A stretch of DNA of 64,000 bases from Octopus sinensis (taxonomy: Eukaryota), in contig NC_043006.1 in the NCBI RefSeq assembly GCF_006345805.1, forward strand, positions 63,240,001 through 63,304,000. The letters are read 5' to 3'. Every line of letters starts with the position of its first letter. Position 1 is the first letter of the stretch. The notes beneath the pieces are model-generated. The model was not told where the DNA came from. It did no database searches and worked only from the letters and a program-made list of their open reading frames with translations. Positions 37,889 through 50,380 of this stretch are shown here, piece by piece. The translations under genes were made by a program, and so were the position numbers.

Positions 37889-38914
37889 ACTTTATTTGGA
37901 GATTGCTAGTGTTAACAATACTCACAAAAAATACAGACTGAAATTGTAGTGCTCCAAGTTAGCTATATGTCACTTTTTAATTTGAACGGAGGCAATGCAA
38001 GCGGTAACTAGAGGAACGTAATTAAGATCCACACTCGAAGATCAAATAGATACATATATTCATATATTCTTTCACATTTACTAAACAGATGTATAAATTC
38101 CAGATATAAAGATATATATAAATAGATATAAGTCGGTGTTATACATAAACCATAGTGAATTTACATTTTAAAAGTTATAAGTCTCGATATAAATTCACTC
38201 GTTTTATGTAGAAGAGCTTCCATATATAAGATCTTTGATGGAATAGGTATATTCCTGGTAGAAACGCCCAAGTATTGCTTCTCCATTTAATCCAATCCGT
38301 ATTGAAGTGCTCCGATGAGCCAAATATATAAAATACACAGCTTTATTTTGAGATTCCTAGTATTTCTTTTGTTTCAGCTCGTAATGTGTGGCTTAGCTGG
38401 GGCACCACCAATAAATGCTTATTATTTATTATTAATCTTCATAATGACGTATATAAAATGATACCCACAAACAGACAATCAACATCTATTGGACCTCTAT
38501 GATCAAAACCATTCTAACCGAGACCAAACTGTCTTTTCTTTTTACTTCGTATGTCTTGGCTTACATTATCCAATATTACTATTTCCTTTTAGAAGTTTGT
38601 AGATTTTCATCAAGCTGAAATTTCCGGGTGAGTGAATGACTAGAATATGCAGCCATGCTGCTCTATAAATCTCCCTATTTTATCACTCAGTTTTCGCTTT
38701 TATTCTTTGGAACTTTCTTTATCTTTTTCTTTAATTTTGTTTTCACTCTTTCTGTCTGAGTGTGATGCGTAAGTTTGCAGGTTTGTTTGTATATTCGAAT
38801 ATTTATTTGTGTATGTGCTATATCAGGATGCATGTATATATATAACTACATGTGGGTCGTTGGCGGTTTTTTACCTCCGTCTTCCTTTTCTCTTGGACTT
38901 TCCTCCGTCTCCTG

Positions 38915-38947
38915 TTTCTGAAGTCGAGCTTTGCTCGAAACGCAAAT
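38915..38947 (+). ncRNA. Minimal type I hammerhead-like motif (mutated)
   Basis: ttt CTGAAGT c GAGC ttt GCTC GAAAC GCA aat; same architecture as 53780-53815. Confidence 0.45.
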
Positions 38948-39055
38948 ATACCTCTCTTTCCTTCACAGAGCGTCTGCTAATATTTTGCACGTACCATATC
39001 CTCGAGTTCTTGCTTTTTTTCTTGTGTTTTTTCTTCGTTTTGGGGGGAATTTATG

Positions 39056-39104
<49 letters not shown>

Positions 39105-39106
<2 letters not shown>

Positions 39107-39308
39107 TTTTCTACTTTAGGCAACAATACCCGACATTTTGGGGAAGAGGGCCAGTCGATTAGATCGCCCCAAGTACGCAACTGGTACTTAGTTTATCGAC
39201 CCCGAAAAGATAAAAGGCAAAGTCGACTTCGGATGGGATTTGAACTCAGAACGTAAAGACAAACGAAATGCTGCTAAGCATTTCGCCCAGCGTTGCAAGC
39301 TCACCTTA
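39105..39308 (-). mobile_element. SINE family A
   Basis: actggtacttagtttatcgaccccgaaaagataaaaggcaaagtcgac..tttgaactcagaacgtaaag..ctaagcatttcgccc. Confidence 0.8.
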
Positions 39309-39310
39309 TA

Positions 39311-39366
<56 letters not shown>

Positions 39367-39411
39367 TATGTATGTATGTATGTATGTATGTATGTACGTA
39401 TGTATGTCTGT

Positions 39412-39466
<55 letters not shown>

Positions 39467-39479
39467 TTATTATATATAC

Positions 39480-39845
39480 AGGCGTAGGCCTTGCTGTGTG
39501 CTAAAAAGCTTGCTTCCCAACCACATGGTTCAGGTTCAGCCCCACTGCGTGGCATCTTGGACAAGTGTCTTCCACTATGGCCTCGAACAGACCAAGGCCT
39601 TGTGGGCGGATTTGGTTGACGAAGCTGAAAGAAGCCCGTCGTATATATCTGCATATATTTATGTGTGTGTTTTTGTGTCTTTTGTCTCCCCACCCATCGC
39701 TTGACAACTGATATTGGTGTATTTACGTCCCCATAACCTAGCGGTTCGGCAGAAATAACCGTTCGGGAAAGTAAAAGGCTTACAAAGAATAATTGCAAGG
39801 GTCGATTTCTTCCACTAAAAAGGCGATGCTCCAGCATGGCCCCTG
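39480..39845 (+). mobile_element. SINE family C
   Basis: ggcgtaggccttgctgtgtg..ggttcaggttcagcccactgcgtggcatcttggacaagtgtc..gctccagcatggcc. Confidence 0.85.
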
Positions 39846-39924
39846 TAAAATAATAAAAAAGAATACACACACACATACAAATATATATATATATATATAT
39901 GTAAAAGTAAAAAAATATACAAAC

Positions 39925-40052
39925 TGGGACAAGAACGTGAAACATTTTGGGAGACGACACAAAAAAAAAGGACGGGACATTCGAAGCCCTCAATCATCAG
40001 TCAAGAACCGGATCATTTTCGCAATTTCGGCTGATTAATCTTGAGATTGCTC

Positions 40053-40056
<4 letters not shown>
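39925..40056 (-). repeat. Solo partial copy of the 230-bp repeat found at 48845 and 49621
   Basis: ggacaagaacgtgaaaca..gagacgacac..ggacgggacattcgaagccctcaatcatcagtcaagaacc..gcaatttcggctgattaatcttgagattgctccgat; ends in (TA)n. Confidence 0.9.
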
Positions 40057-40089
<33 letters not shown>

Positions 40090-40225
40090 TAGTATATATA
40101 GTAATGTTTACATGCCGACATAACGTGGTAGTCCTGTAAAGACCGATGTTACTATTGTCTTACCCCAGGGAAAACATCTCTTCCAGCTGGCTAACATATA
40201 CAGCATTTGATGTGTGTGTGGGGGG

Positions 40226-40273
<48 letters not shown>

Positions 40274-40746
40274 GAGAACGCATGCATGGTTGAGCAATTA
40301 AGAAATTCGTTTCGCAGCCCGGAGTCTCAGTACCAGGTAGTAATGTTTATATGCCAACATACCAACATAACGTATCAGTCCTATAAAGGATGATAGCATA
40401 GCGAGTCAGTGTCGTTTGTTATAATTTGAGTGGATGTAAGCCTTCTGAGTGAAAATAGAGAAACGAAAACTGAGTATGGACTGTACTTTTAGTTTAAAGG
40501 GTCAGACATACCATACTGTGTATTTCAGCTTGAGGATTACAGCTTAAGAATACAGCTATCTTTGGAATACCCAGTCACTTTCGAACTAATCTAAAAAGTT
40601 GAACGAATGACAACTATTCACTATGTGCGTTTTCTTGTCTGTATGTGTGAGCGTCTTTGTAGGGGCGGTAATGGGTGTCGGTGCGGGTGTATTTGCGTGT
40701 TTATATCTGCACGAGTTTTACGGTTATTTGTATATGTCTGTAAATG

Positions 40747-40795
<49 letters not shown>

Positions 40796-41539
40796 CGCGC
40801 GCATGTGTAATTGAGTGTGCAAATACGTTTTGTATGTTTATCTGTGTGTGTTACTGTTTGGACATCAAGCAGATTCCAGACATCGATGATAATAACTTCT
40901 GTCCCAAAACGTTCCACTCACATACAAGTAATCCATAACCAAGTTTTTCTGCTTCGCTGTCATTGCGATTGTTGTCTTGTCGTCTCTCTTGATACTATTA
41001 TCGTTGTTTCATTTTGATTTCGATATTGCTGATGTTGCATTAGTCGTCGTCGTCGTTGTTGTTGTTCCAATGTTGTTAATCTTATTATTGTTGTTATTCT
41101 ACCAATGGAATTTTACCGAAATGTTGACAAATGATAAATTTTCCTCCAGATAACAGACAGTTTCTTTCAGAGCCGTCGTGGCATTATATTAATAATCTCT
41201 ATTTATGACTTCAAAAATTTATTTTCACCATTCTTTATGTATACGTGTATGTATGTGTGTTTATGTGTATGTGTAAGTATGTGTGTATGTGTGTGTATGT
41301 ATGTCTGTGCGTGCGCGCACGCGTGTCTAAATACCAATAATATTTTCAGATATGTATGTATGTATATATGTGTACATGCTTTGAAGTCAAAGTCTATTCG
41401 TTATTTATTAAATACTATATATAATATATAGAAAGAAAGGAAAAGACAGAGAGAGAGAATGTGCGTGTGTCTATTCTATAACAATACCCGTACGTACAGA
41501 TGATTATATACAACTCCATATGCATGCATACACACACGC

Positions 41540-41812
<273 letters not shown>

Positions 41813-41880
41813 GTTGGTGTACCTGGAAGAATCATTATACCGGTAAGAACTTCACGGGCTGGCTCTATTTTACTTATTAT

Positions 41881-42100
41881 AAGGCCCAGCGAGCTGGTAA
41901 AATCGTTGGTTCTCCGGGGAAAATGCTTAGCGGCATTTCGTTCATCGCTACTTCTGAGATCAAATTCCGTCGAGGTTGACTTTTCTTGTCATCCTTTTGG
42001 AGTCGTTAAAATATTTGCCAGGTGAGCATTGGAGTCGATGTAATCAACTTACTCCCTCCCACGAACGTACTGGTCATGCGAAAAGTTTAAAACCATTATT
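41881..42100 (+). mobile_element. SINE family A, degenerate
   Basis: aaggcccagcgagctggtaaaatcgttgg..aaatgcttagcggcatttcg..tctgagatcaaattcc. Confidence 0.7.
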
Positions 42101-43384
42101 ATATGTAAACTAGTTAATTGATAACCAAATCAAATAATTGAATGCTTCATTAATCGTTCGATCAATCAAACAGTCGATTGGTTTGCCAGTGTCTTTTCGA
42201 CGCTATTCTCGATCTTACGAATGTTATGACCACTTTTAACCACAGAGCTACAACTACGTAGAAATACATGTGTGCGCGTGTTTAGTTGTGTGTGTGTGTG
42301 TATATATATATGTGTGTGTGTATGTGTGTGTGTATATATGTGTGTGTGTGTGTGTGTGTAAGTGTGTGTGTCTGTGAACAAAGTTTGACAAACATGGTAT
42401 TTGTTTTACACTTTGGGAATTGAATAGGAGAGTATTGACGCTTAAGACGTTAGTTCTTCATCAGAAAGAAAAAGAGAAGCATCGGGAAAATAGGAGAGAG
42501 TGTCCTCTGAGGAAGTTAAGAAGACAGGAAGGAAAGCGTGTATTTGTATGATGTATGTACCTGAACAAATGTGTTGGAAGTACAGAAACGTTGGTTTGTG
42601 GAGGTAAGGAAATGTTATGGGTGTGTGTGTGTGCGTGCGTGTGTGTGCGTGGGCAATTGTTCGGTGGATCATGTATATGTGAGAATAAGAAAACGTATTG
42701 TTTTTTACCCTCTACTTTTTCAACTAAAATTTGGCTTCAGGTGTCCCTCATATGCTTCTGACCATTCATCTCATTAACTCTCTTCATCATGTCCAATCCA
42801 GTCCTTTCTTCCTAGACCATCACCACTCTGAAAGCCCAATCCATGTATTTCCTATAGGTATCAGTTAACAGCAGTTTAAACCAAATAGTAACGGCATCAG
42901 ATGAGCTAAAGAACCATAGTTACTGCCGCTTCTTCTGAATACAGCAAGTAAAAAAACATTAATTCTCTTCCTCCGACTAAATATTAACAAGAACTTATAT
43001 ATAATTGATGACTGATGAAAATAATAATATCACATTCGATTAGGTTCGAACTTAAGATGGTAAGACACTGAGTCGTATATTTTACGAGAATATCTAGATT
43101 TTTGGGGATTATAGTGTAAAATATTCTAATCCAAGATAACATTGGCACACTAATACGTCTTAATTCGTGAGGACATGCACATGCAAGGTTTCAAAATTGA
43201 AATAAAACTAATGAAATACTACCCGAGTATCTATTATTGTCATTCTACCGCTTCATTAGGTATAATGCAATATCTAAGTTTCATATTGGGGATAGAATGC
43301 ATGATACAAATATTTATAGGCCAAAATTATAATATTGCTCAGGTGAGACTTTCAGAATGAATGTGTCTGTGGTGTGCGTCTTTT

Positions 43385-43425
43385 GTGTATATACATTATA
43401 TATATATATATATATATATATCATA

Positions 43426-43457
<32 letters not shown>

Positions 43458-43495
43458 CTGTATATATATATATATACTGTATAGAATATATATAT

Positions 43496-43565
<70 letters not shown>

Positions 43566-43729
43566 ATGAATATATTATGTTATATACATATATATATATG
43601 AATATTATATATATATATATATATATATATTATTTATATGTGTATATACATATATACATATATATATACATATAGATAGATAGATAGATAGATAGACACA
43701 CAGACAGACAGACAGACAGATAGATAAAC

Positions 43730-43788
<59 letters not shown>

Positions 43789-43875
43789 GACAGACAGATA
43801 CATACATACATGCATGCATACATACAAAGATACATACATACAAAGATACATACATACATACATACATGTATGTAT
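43385..43875. repeat. TA/GATA/CATA compound microsatellite
   Basis: Direct reading. Confidence 0.95.
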
Positions 43876-45208
43876 GTATATTTCGCAAGAGGTTTAACTT
43901 AATATAAAGACATTTAGTTGTTAATGTTGTTGAGGCTATTTTCAAGACACTTATAGCAGTACAGAATGTGTTTAAGTATGTGTGTCTATGCATGTATATT
44001 TTGTATGGTCGAGGTTTTATTTCTTTTATCAGTGCTATTCCCTTTAATATATTCTAATTAAGTTTGAGAATGTTTACGAATGAAGTACATGTAAAGTGAA
44101 TTTGTGTAAACAGAATAAATATTTTCATACATTGTTATATCAGAGTAAAAGGTGAGTAAAATAAGCTTTTCTCCTCACAATTATTTATATCTTACAAAGG
44201 CAATATTTTAAGCAGCATAAGTCTCAGATTAGATTAAATTAACATCAAATAAAAACAAATTTCTCGAAACCTGAATGCTCTCTCCACACACTACCAATAT
44301 TTGACAAGAGCTTTAAGTAAATAACATTTGTTAGGATTCTACTAACACTCATGATGGCGAGTAGAATGCCTTTAGAAGATAACTAATGAAGTTATGGACA
44401 TTTTGCTATATGCATTAACACGATGGACTTTGTAAGAAATTAATTGTGTCAATTTACACTAAGAAGAAATAACAGTCATTAGTCAAGAAACATCTCCATT
44501 ATCAGATTCTGTATTGATTAAGATAAAATATAGTTCTATGATATATGTTTATGAACTATATATATAATGGCGATGAATAGAGGCCGTTTGTTTCTCTGAA
44601 ACTTTATATACTTATGTTCATAAAACAAAAAGACAATACTATGGTGAATGTGAAACAAAAGAGGTTTAAGAACTGGAAGCCAAACCTAACAAAACACTGA
44701 AATATTATGTTTACACTTTAAGAATTAAGAAATATTAAGACGTTTGAAGTAAATCATATTTAACGGTAGGACACCATGTAGTTGAAGCTGTAAATAATAT
44801 CGAGTAGAATATTGGGTTTAAAAAGACCTTTGTCCCAAGTTCAAATTTCACTGATTTCAAATTTGAGTATATGTTTTTCTGGGCTCGATGATATAAAGTG
44901 CCAACCAGGTACTGAGTCGATAGAATTGCCAGTTCCGTCCGTCAAATTTGTGTATAATACCTGTGTTATTCATTGTTTATTATACTTACCGACGGTACCT
45001 ATTTACGGTTAAATAAACTGAGTTTCAGAAAAAATTCTTGTTTTTGTCTTTTGTAAGGAAGACACATCTACACCTAAACCAGATGCTTAGAATCCCACTC
45101 GTGACGGATCGATGACAAATAAGTCGAAACGATTGTAGTGATCATATTCTGTCTCTCTCATTAATCGAATATATATATATGTAAATATATATATATATTA
45201 TATATATA

Positions 45209-45286
<78 letters not shown>

Positions 45287-45288
<2 letters not shown>

Positions 45289-45727
45289 CGCAGGAGTGGC
45301 TGTGTGGTAAGTAGCTTGCTTAGCAATCACATGGTTCCAGGTTCAGTCCCACTGCGTGGCATCTTGGGCAAGTGTCTTCTGCTATAGCCCCGGGCCGACC
45401 AAAGCCTTGTGAGTGGATTTGGTAGACGGAAACTGAAAGAAGCCTGTCGCATATATGTATATATTTTATTTATAGCCTGTCGCATATATGTATATATATA
45501 TATGTGTGTGTGTATGTATGTGTGTTTGTGTGTCTGTGTTTGTCCCCCTAGCATTGCTTGACGACCGATGCTGGTGTGTTTACGTCCCCGTAACTTAGCG
45601 GTTCGGCAAAAGGGACCGATAGAATAAGTACTGGGCTTACAAAGAATAAGTTCCCGGGTCGATTTGCTCGACTAAAGGCGGTGCTCCAGCATGGCCACAG
45701 TCAAATGACTGAAACAAGTAAAAGAGT
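45287..45727 (+). mobile_element. SINE family C, full length
   Basis: ggcgcaggagtggctgtgtggtaag (A-box-like)...ggttcagtccc (B-box-like)...internal TA/TG tract...gactgaaacaagtaaaagag. Confidence 0.9.
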
Positions 45728-45765
45728 AATATATAAATATATATTATATTATATATATATATATG

Positions 45766-45821
<56 letters not shown>

Positions 45822-45959
45822 ATATAAGTTAATTAGAGAATATATCAACCTCTTAAAGGCATGATAACATCCATGAAAATAATGGTTCTATACCTTATAT
45901 TTTGGGGAAATAAAATTTCCCTAAATCAATAGGTATATATTATGCATATAATACGCATT

Positions 45960-46300
45960 CAATTAATAGAAAAAAAGAAAAGAAAATGGGGACTTAAAGG
46001 TTAATAATTATTTATTAATAAATTGATAAGTCTTACTTCCTACAGTTGTGTCCATTTGTCCTCATTAAATAAATTACAAATTTATGCTTTAAATTTGCAT
46101 TTATCAGATATGAACAAAATATCAACAGGGGAAAAAGATATACGATAGAAGATTGCATGCTGACATCTTAGTTCATACCGGCAAACTAAATATATGGGGT
46201 TATTTTATTTCTATTTTTGTGTGCGTTAGGGTTAACGGATTAATTTGAATATAATAAGAAATAAAGTAAAATAAATAAGGTAAAATAAAATAAAATAATA
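45960..46300 (-). repeat. Penelope-like terminal remnant; inverted homologue of 49930-50280
   Basis: About 340 nt align in reverse complement with 49930-50280 at roughly 80% identity by eye. Confidence 0.75.
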
Positions 46301-46306
46301 TACATA

Positions 46307-46469
46307 GGCGCAGGAGTGGGTGTGTAGTAAGTAGCTTGCTTACCAACCACATATTTCCGGGTTCAGTCCCACAGCATTGCACCTTGGGCAAGTGTCTTCG
46401 ACTACAGCCTCTGGCCGACCAAAGCCCTGTGAGTGGATTTGGTAGACGGAAACTGAAAGAAACATGTCG

Positions 46470-46523
<54 letters not shown>

Positions 46524-46740
46524 TGTCTGTTTGTGTGTGTCTGTGTTTGTCCCCCTACCATCTCTTGACAATCGATGTTGGTGTGTTTATGTCCCCCTTG
46601 CTTAGCGGTTCGCCAAAAATCGATAGAATAAGTACTAGGTTTACAACAAATAAATCCTGCGGTCGATTTGGTCGACTAAAAGTGGTGCTCCAGCATGGCC
46701 GCAGTCAAATGACTGAAACAAATAAAAGAATAAAGTAAAA
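46307..46740 (+). mobile_element. SINE family C, full length
   Basis: Same head, core and tail as 45287. Confidence 0.88.
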
Positions 46741-46777
46741 TACAAGAAAAATAAGAAAATGTATAAAATATAAAGTA

Positions 46778-48019
46778 CGAGGGGCGTTCAATAAGTAATG
46801 CCCCTGACTCACTTCCCATAGCAGTAGAGCAACGACACTTGGCACAGTTCTTAGTCTTTTCCTACATAGGAACTACCCAGAGTTATGCATTTCTCCCATC
46901 GTTTGATACAGCTCTGGAGACCGTTTTTGTAGAAGACCCCAGCTTGGTCCTCCAACCACGACGTGACTTCAGAAATCAAGGCTGCATCATCTGGGAAACG
47001 CTTTCCTTTCAAAATCAACTTCATGGCTGGGAAGCGGTGAAAATCAGAGGGTGCAAGGGGAGGAGTTCATAGCTGCACGCCTGTGCTTCTGATCTGGCGA
47101 CACGCGAGTTGTGAACCGGAGCGTTGTCCTGCAGGAGGAGGATGCCTTTGCTGATCTTGCCCCGCCTCTTGATTTTGATAGCTTGACTGGGCTTTGGTCT
47201 ATGGATCCTCAAAAGTGAAGCATAATAGACTCCTGTAATTGTGATACCCTTTGCCAGGAAATCTGTCATCACTACTCCGTCCTGGTCCCAGAAGACTGTG
47301 AGCATAACCCTTGCCTTCTTTGGAGGAGGTGAGTCACGGTGCTTTCACTGCATTGACTGGGCTTTGGTCTATGGATCATAGTGATGGACCCAGGTTTTAT
47401 CCTGTGCGATCAGTCTTTTGAAAAATTTTGACTCATCTTCTTGGCACATCTCCAAATTCATCCTCGGGCACTCAACTCGTTCTTGCTTCTGGAAAGGTGT
47501 GAGCAACCTGGAAATCCATCTGGCAGACACCTTTTGCATATGCAAATGGTCATGAATGATAGTTTCCACAGACCCGGTACTAATCTTGACCTTATGGGCT
47601 ATTTGGCGAATAGTTATGCGTTGACCTTCCAAAATTGCAGCCTCAACTTGACGGCAGAAGGGGGCGACCAGATCTGGGAGCTGTTTCCACAGAGTTCCGA
47701 CTATGTTTGAATTCACAATGCCAGCGTTTTACAAGGTCATATGATGGGGCATAATCACCATAAGTTACTTTCATTTCATCAAAAGTCTCCCGTGGTGTGC
47801 GTCCTTTCAAATACAAAAACCAGATCACTGCTCGACACTCAACAGGCTCCATTTCACACTTGACTCAGTTCAAACACCTGTAAATCAGAAACCACAATCA
47901 GTTCAGAGCTGTAATTCGCCACTTAATCTATAGAGGTATAAATAAGTGCACATGCAAAATTTCAGCTAGATCAAACAACTGCAAGTGGGTCAGGGGCATT
48001 ACTTGTTGAACGCCCCTCA
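46778..48019 (-). mobile_element. Mariner DNA transposon, full length (1242 bp), TA TSDs, transposase pseudogene (about 46851-47852)
   Basis: TA|cgaggggcgttcaataagtaatgcccctgac ... gtcaggggcattacttgttgaacgcccctca|TA. MEPVECRAVIWFLYLKG.., SARWISRLLT, QDKTWVHHYDP, LLLQDNAPVH, LAPSDFH; PYSPD deleted, with frameshifts. Confidence 0.96.
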
Positions 48020-48385
48020 TAAATACGATAAAAATAAAAATAAAATACATAGATAAAAGTCTAACAAAAATAGAATAAGGTAGAAAAGATTATACATATA
48101 TAGTGATAAATATGTACATGCCGATATACATAATAAAAATGTATGTAAAAAAAGTAGATTGATACATATATATATATACAAACACACACACTTATATATA
48201 TATATATATACATGTAAGAAAAAATATATAGGCTCTATGTATGAATCAGTGCCCATTGGTTGGAGAAATTTGAATTAGTTTACATACAGTTAAGCATTTC
48301 AGAAAATATCTAATCATAATGGTTTCTCTATATATATGCGTATGTAGAATTGTATTATAATAAAAGACTCACAGTAATAATCGCA

Positions 48386-48417
<32 letters not shown>

Positions 48418-48421
<4 letters not shown>

Positions 48422-48516
48422 GTAGACGGAAACTGAAAGAAACATGTCGTATGTATATGTGTGTGTGTGTTTGTGTGTGTCTGTGTTTGTCCCCCTACCA
48501 TCGCTTGACAACCGAT
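48418..48516 (+). mobile_element. SINE family C, internal fragment
   Basis: tttggtagacggaaactgaaagaaacatgtcgtatg...ccctaccatcgcttgacaaccgat; nearly identical to part of the 46307 copy. Confidence 0.8.
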
Positions 48517-48648
48517 AATATATTATCTTTTATTAAACTTTTAATACTTTTGATATATATTTAAAATAATATAAATTAATTAATTTTATGTATTGGCTTA
48601 AGTTTTTCATTGTTTGATTTGCCTAATAGTTGTTTTATCTCTATTTTA

Positions 48649-48741
<93 letters not shown>

Positions 48742-48803
48742 GTATGTATACATATATATACACATACACATTCATACACACACAGAAACACACACACACA
48801 CAT

Positions 48804-48844
<41 letters not shown>

Positions 48845-48848
<4 letters not shown>

Positions 48849-49850
48849 TAAACAGTAAAAATAATTACATACATGGACAAGAACATGAAACACCACAGAG
48901 ACGACACAAGAACCACAGGACGGGACATTCGAAGCCCTCAGTCATCAGTCAAGAACCAGATCATCTTAGCAATTTCGGCTGATTAATCTTGAGATTGCTC
49001 CGATATGGCCAGCTCGCCAAGGGAAATCCAAGCCAAGCGCATTAGATCCCCTGGAAGAAACCTTCGAATGTATACAACACGAGGACGGAAAACGAACGAA
49101 GTACACGAACAAAAATACAGAATACGTGACACCAATAAGAATACAAAAACGTAAAAACAATAACGGTAAAAATAAAAAATAAACAACAAGACAAAACCAG
49201 GACGTAGGACAAGGGTCTTTCGACAGGACGAGTTGAGTATGGGGCTGGCTTGTGAAGTTGTGCCTAATGGCCGCGGGGAGACGAACAAATACGTGTTGCT
49301 TCTGCGACTGCTGAAACGAAAAGAGCGCTCAACAGCGGCTAGCGGTCACGTGAGAACAAAAGACAGGAGAAAGGGACAGATGAAAAGAGAGAGAAGGTGG
49401 ACGAGGGAGGAGAAGAAAGAGACAGATCGAGGGGGGCTGGAGGTGAGAGAGATAGAGAAACGTAGAATGGGGGGGGAAGACGGATGGAGAGGGAAAGAAA
49501 GGAAGGGGAATAAGGGAGGAGAGAGAGAGAGAAAGAGACAGATTAAGAGTCGTATCAATGCTAGAGAAAAAATATACTTATCGTATAAGGACAATTGTGG
49601 ATACGTAGCCGCCGATTATATAGGTAAACAGTAAAAATAATTACAGACATGGACAAGAACATGAAACACCACAGAGACGACACAAGAACCACAGGACGGG
49701 ACATTCGAAGCCCTCAGTCATCAGTCAAGAACCAGATCATCTTAGCAATTTCGGCTGATTAATCTTGAGATTGCTCCGATATGGCCAGCCCGCCAAGGGA
49801 AATCCAAGCCAAGCGCATTAGATCCCCTGGAAGAAAGCTTCGAATGTATA
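48845..49850 (-). mobile_element. Non-coding element with 230-bp direct terminal repeats (48845-49074, 49621-49850); retrozyme-, TRIM- or pseudo-LTR-like
   Basis: The repeats are 776 bp apart and differ at about 3 positions; 546-bp non-coding interior; (TA)n on both flanks; no TG..CA ends or TSD seen. Strand is assigned from the hammerhead-like words. Confidence 0.75.
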
Positions 49851-49929
49851 TATATATACATATATCTATATACATACGCATCTCATTTATTTTATATTTT
49901 ATACGTTTTATTTTTCTTGTATTTTACTT

Positions 49930-50280
49930 TGTATATTATTTTATTTTATTCCTACCTTATTTATTCTACTTTCATTCTGATGTTATAATATTCAAATTAA
50001 TCTGTTAAACCTCACGCACATACAAAAATAGAAATAAAATAACTCCATATATTTAGCCGGCCTGTATGGACTAAGAGGTCAACACGTAATCTTCTATTGT
50101 ATATCTTTCTCCCTGATGATATTTTATTCATATCTTACAAATGCAAATTTAAAGCATAGATTTGTAATGTATTTGATGAGGATAAACAGGAACAGATGTA
50201 GGAAGTAAGATTTATCTGTTTATTAATAATTTATTAACTTTCGACTTTTCTTTTCTTCTATTTATTGAATAGGAATTATG
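49930..50280 (+). repeat. Penelope-like terminal remnant with decayed hammerhead words
   Basis: tTGATGAGgataaacagGAACagatGTAggaag at about 50175-50215; inverted homologue of 45960-46300. Confidence 0.65.
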
Positions 50281-50315
50281 TGTGTGTGTGCGTGCGTGTG
50301 TGTGTGTGTGTGTGC

Positions 50316-50380
<65 letters not shown>

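Noticed and set aside
48930-49005. Alternative HDV-like ribozyme reading of the same pseudoknot
   Set aside because: The helix order (P1,P2,P3,P1',P4,P2') roughly fits, but the L3, P1.1 GG and catalytic J4/2 C residues are not present in these copies.
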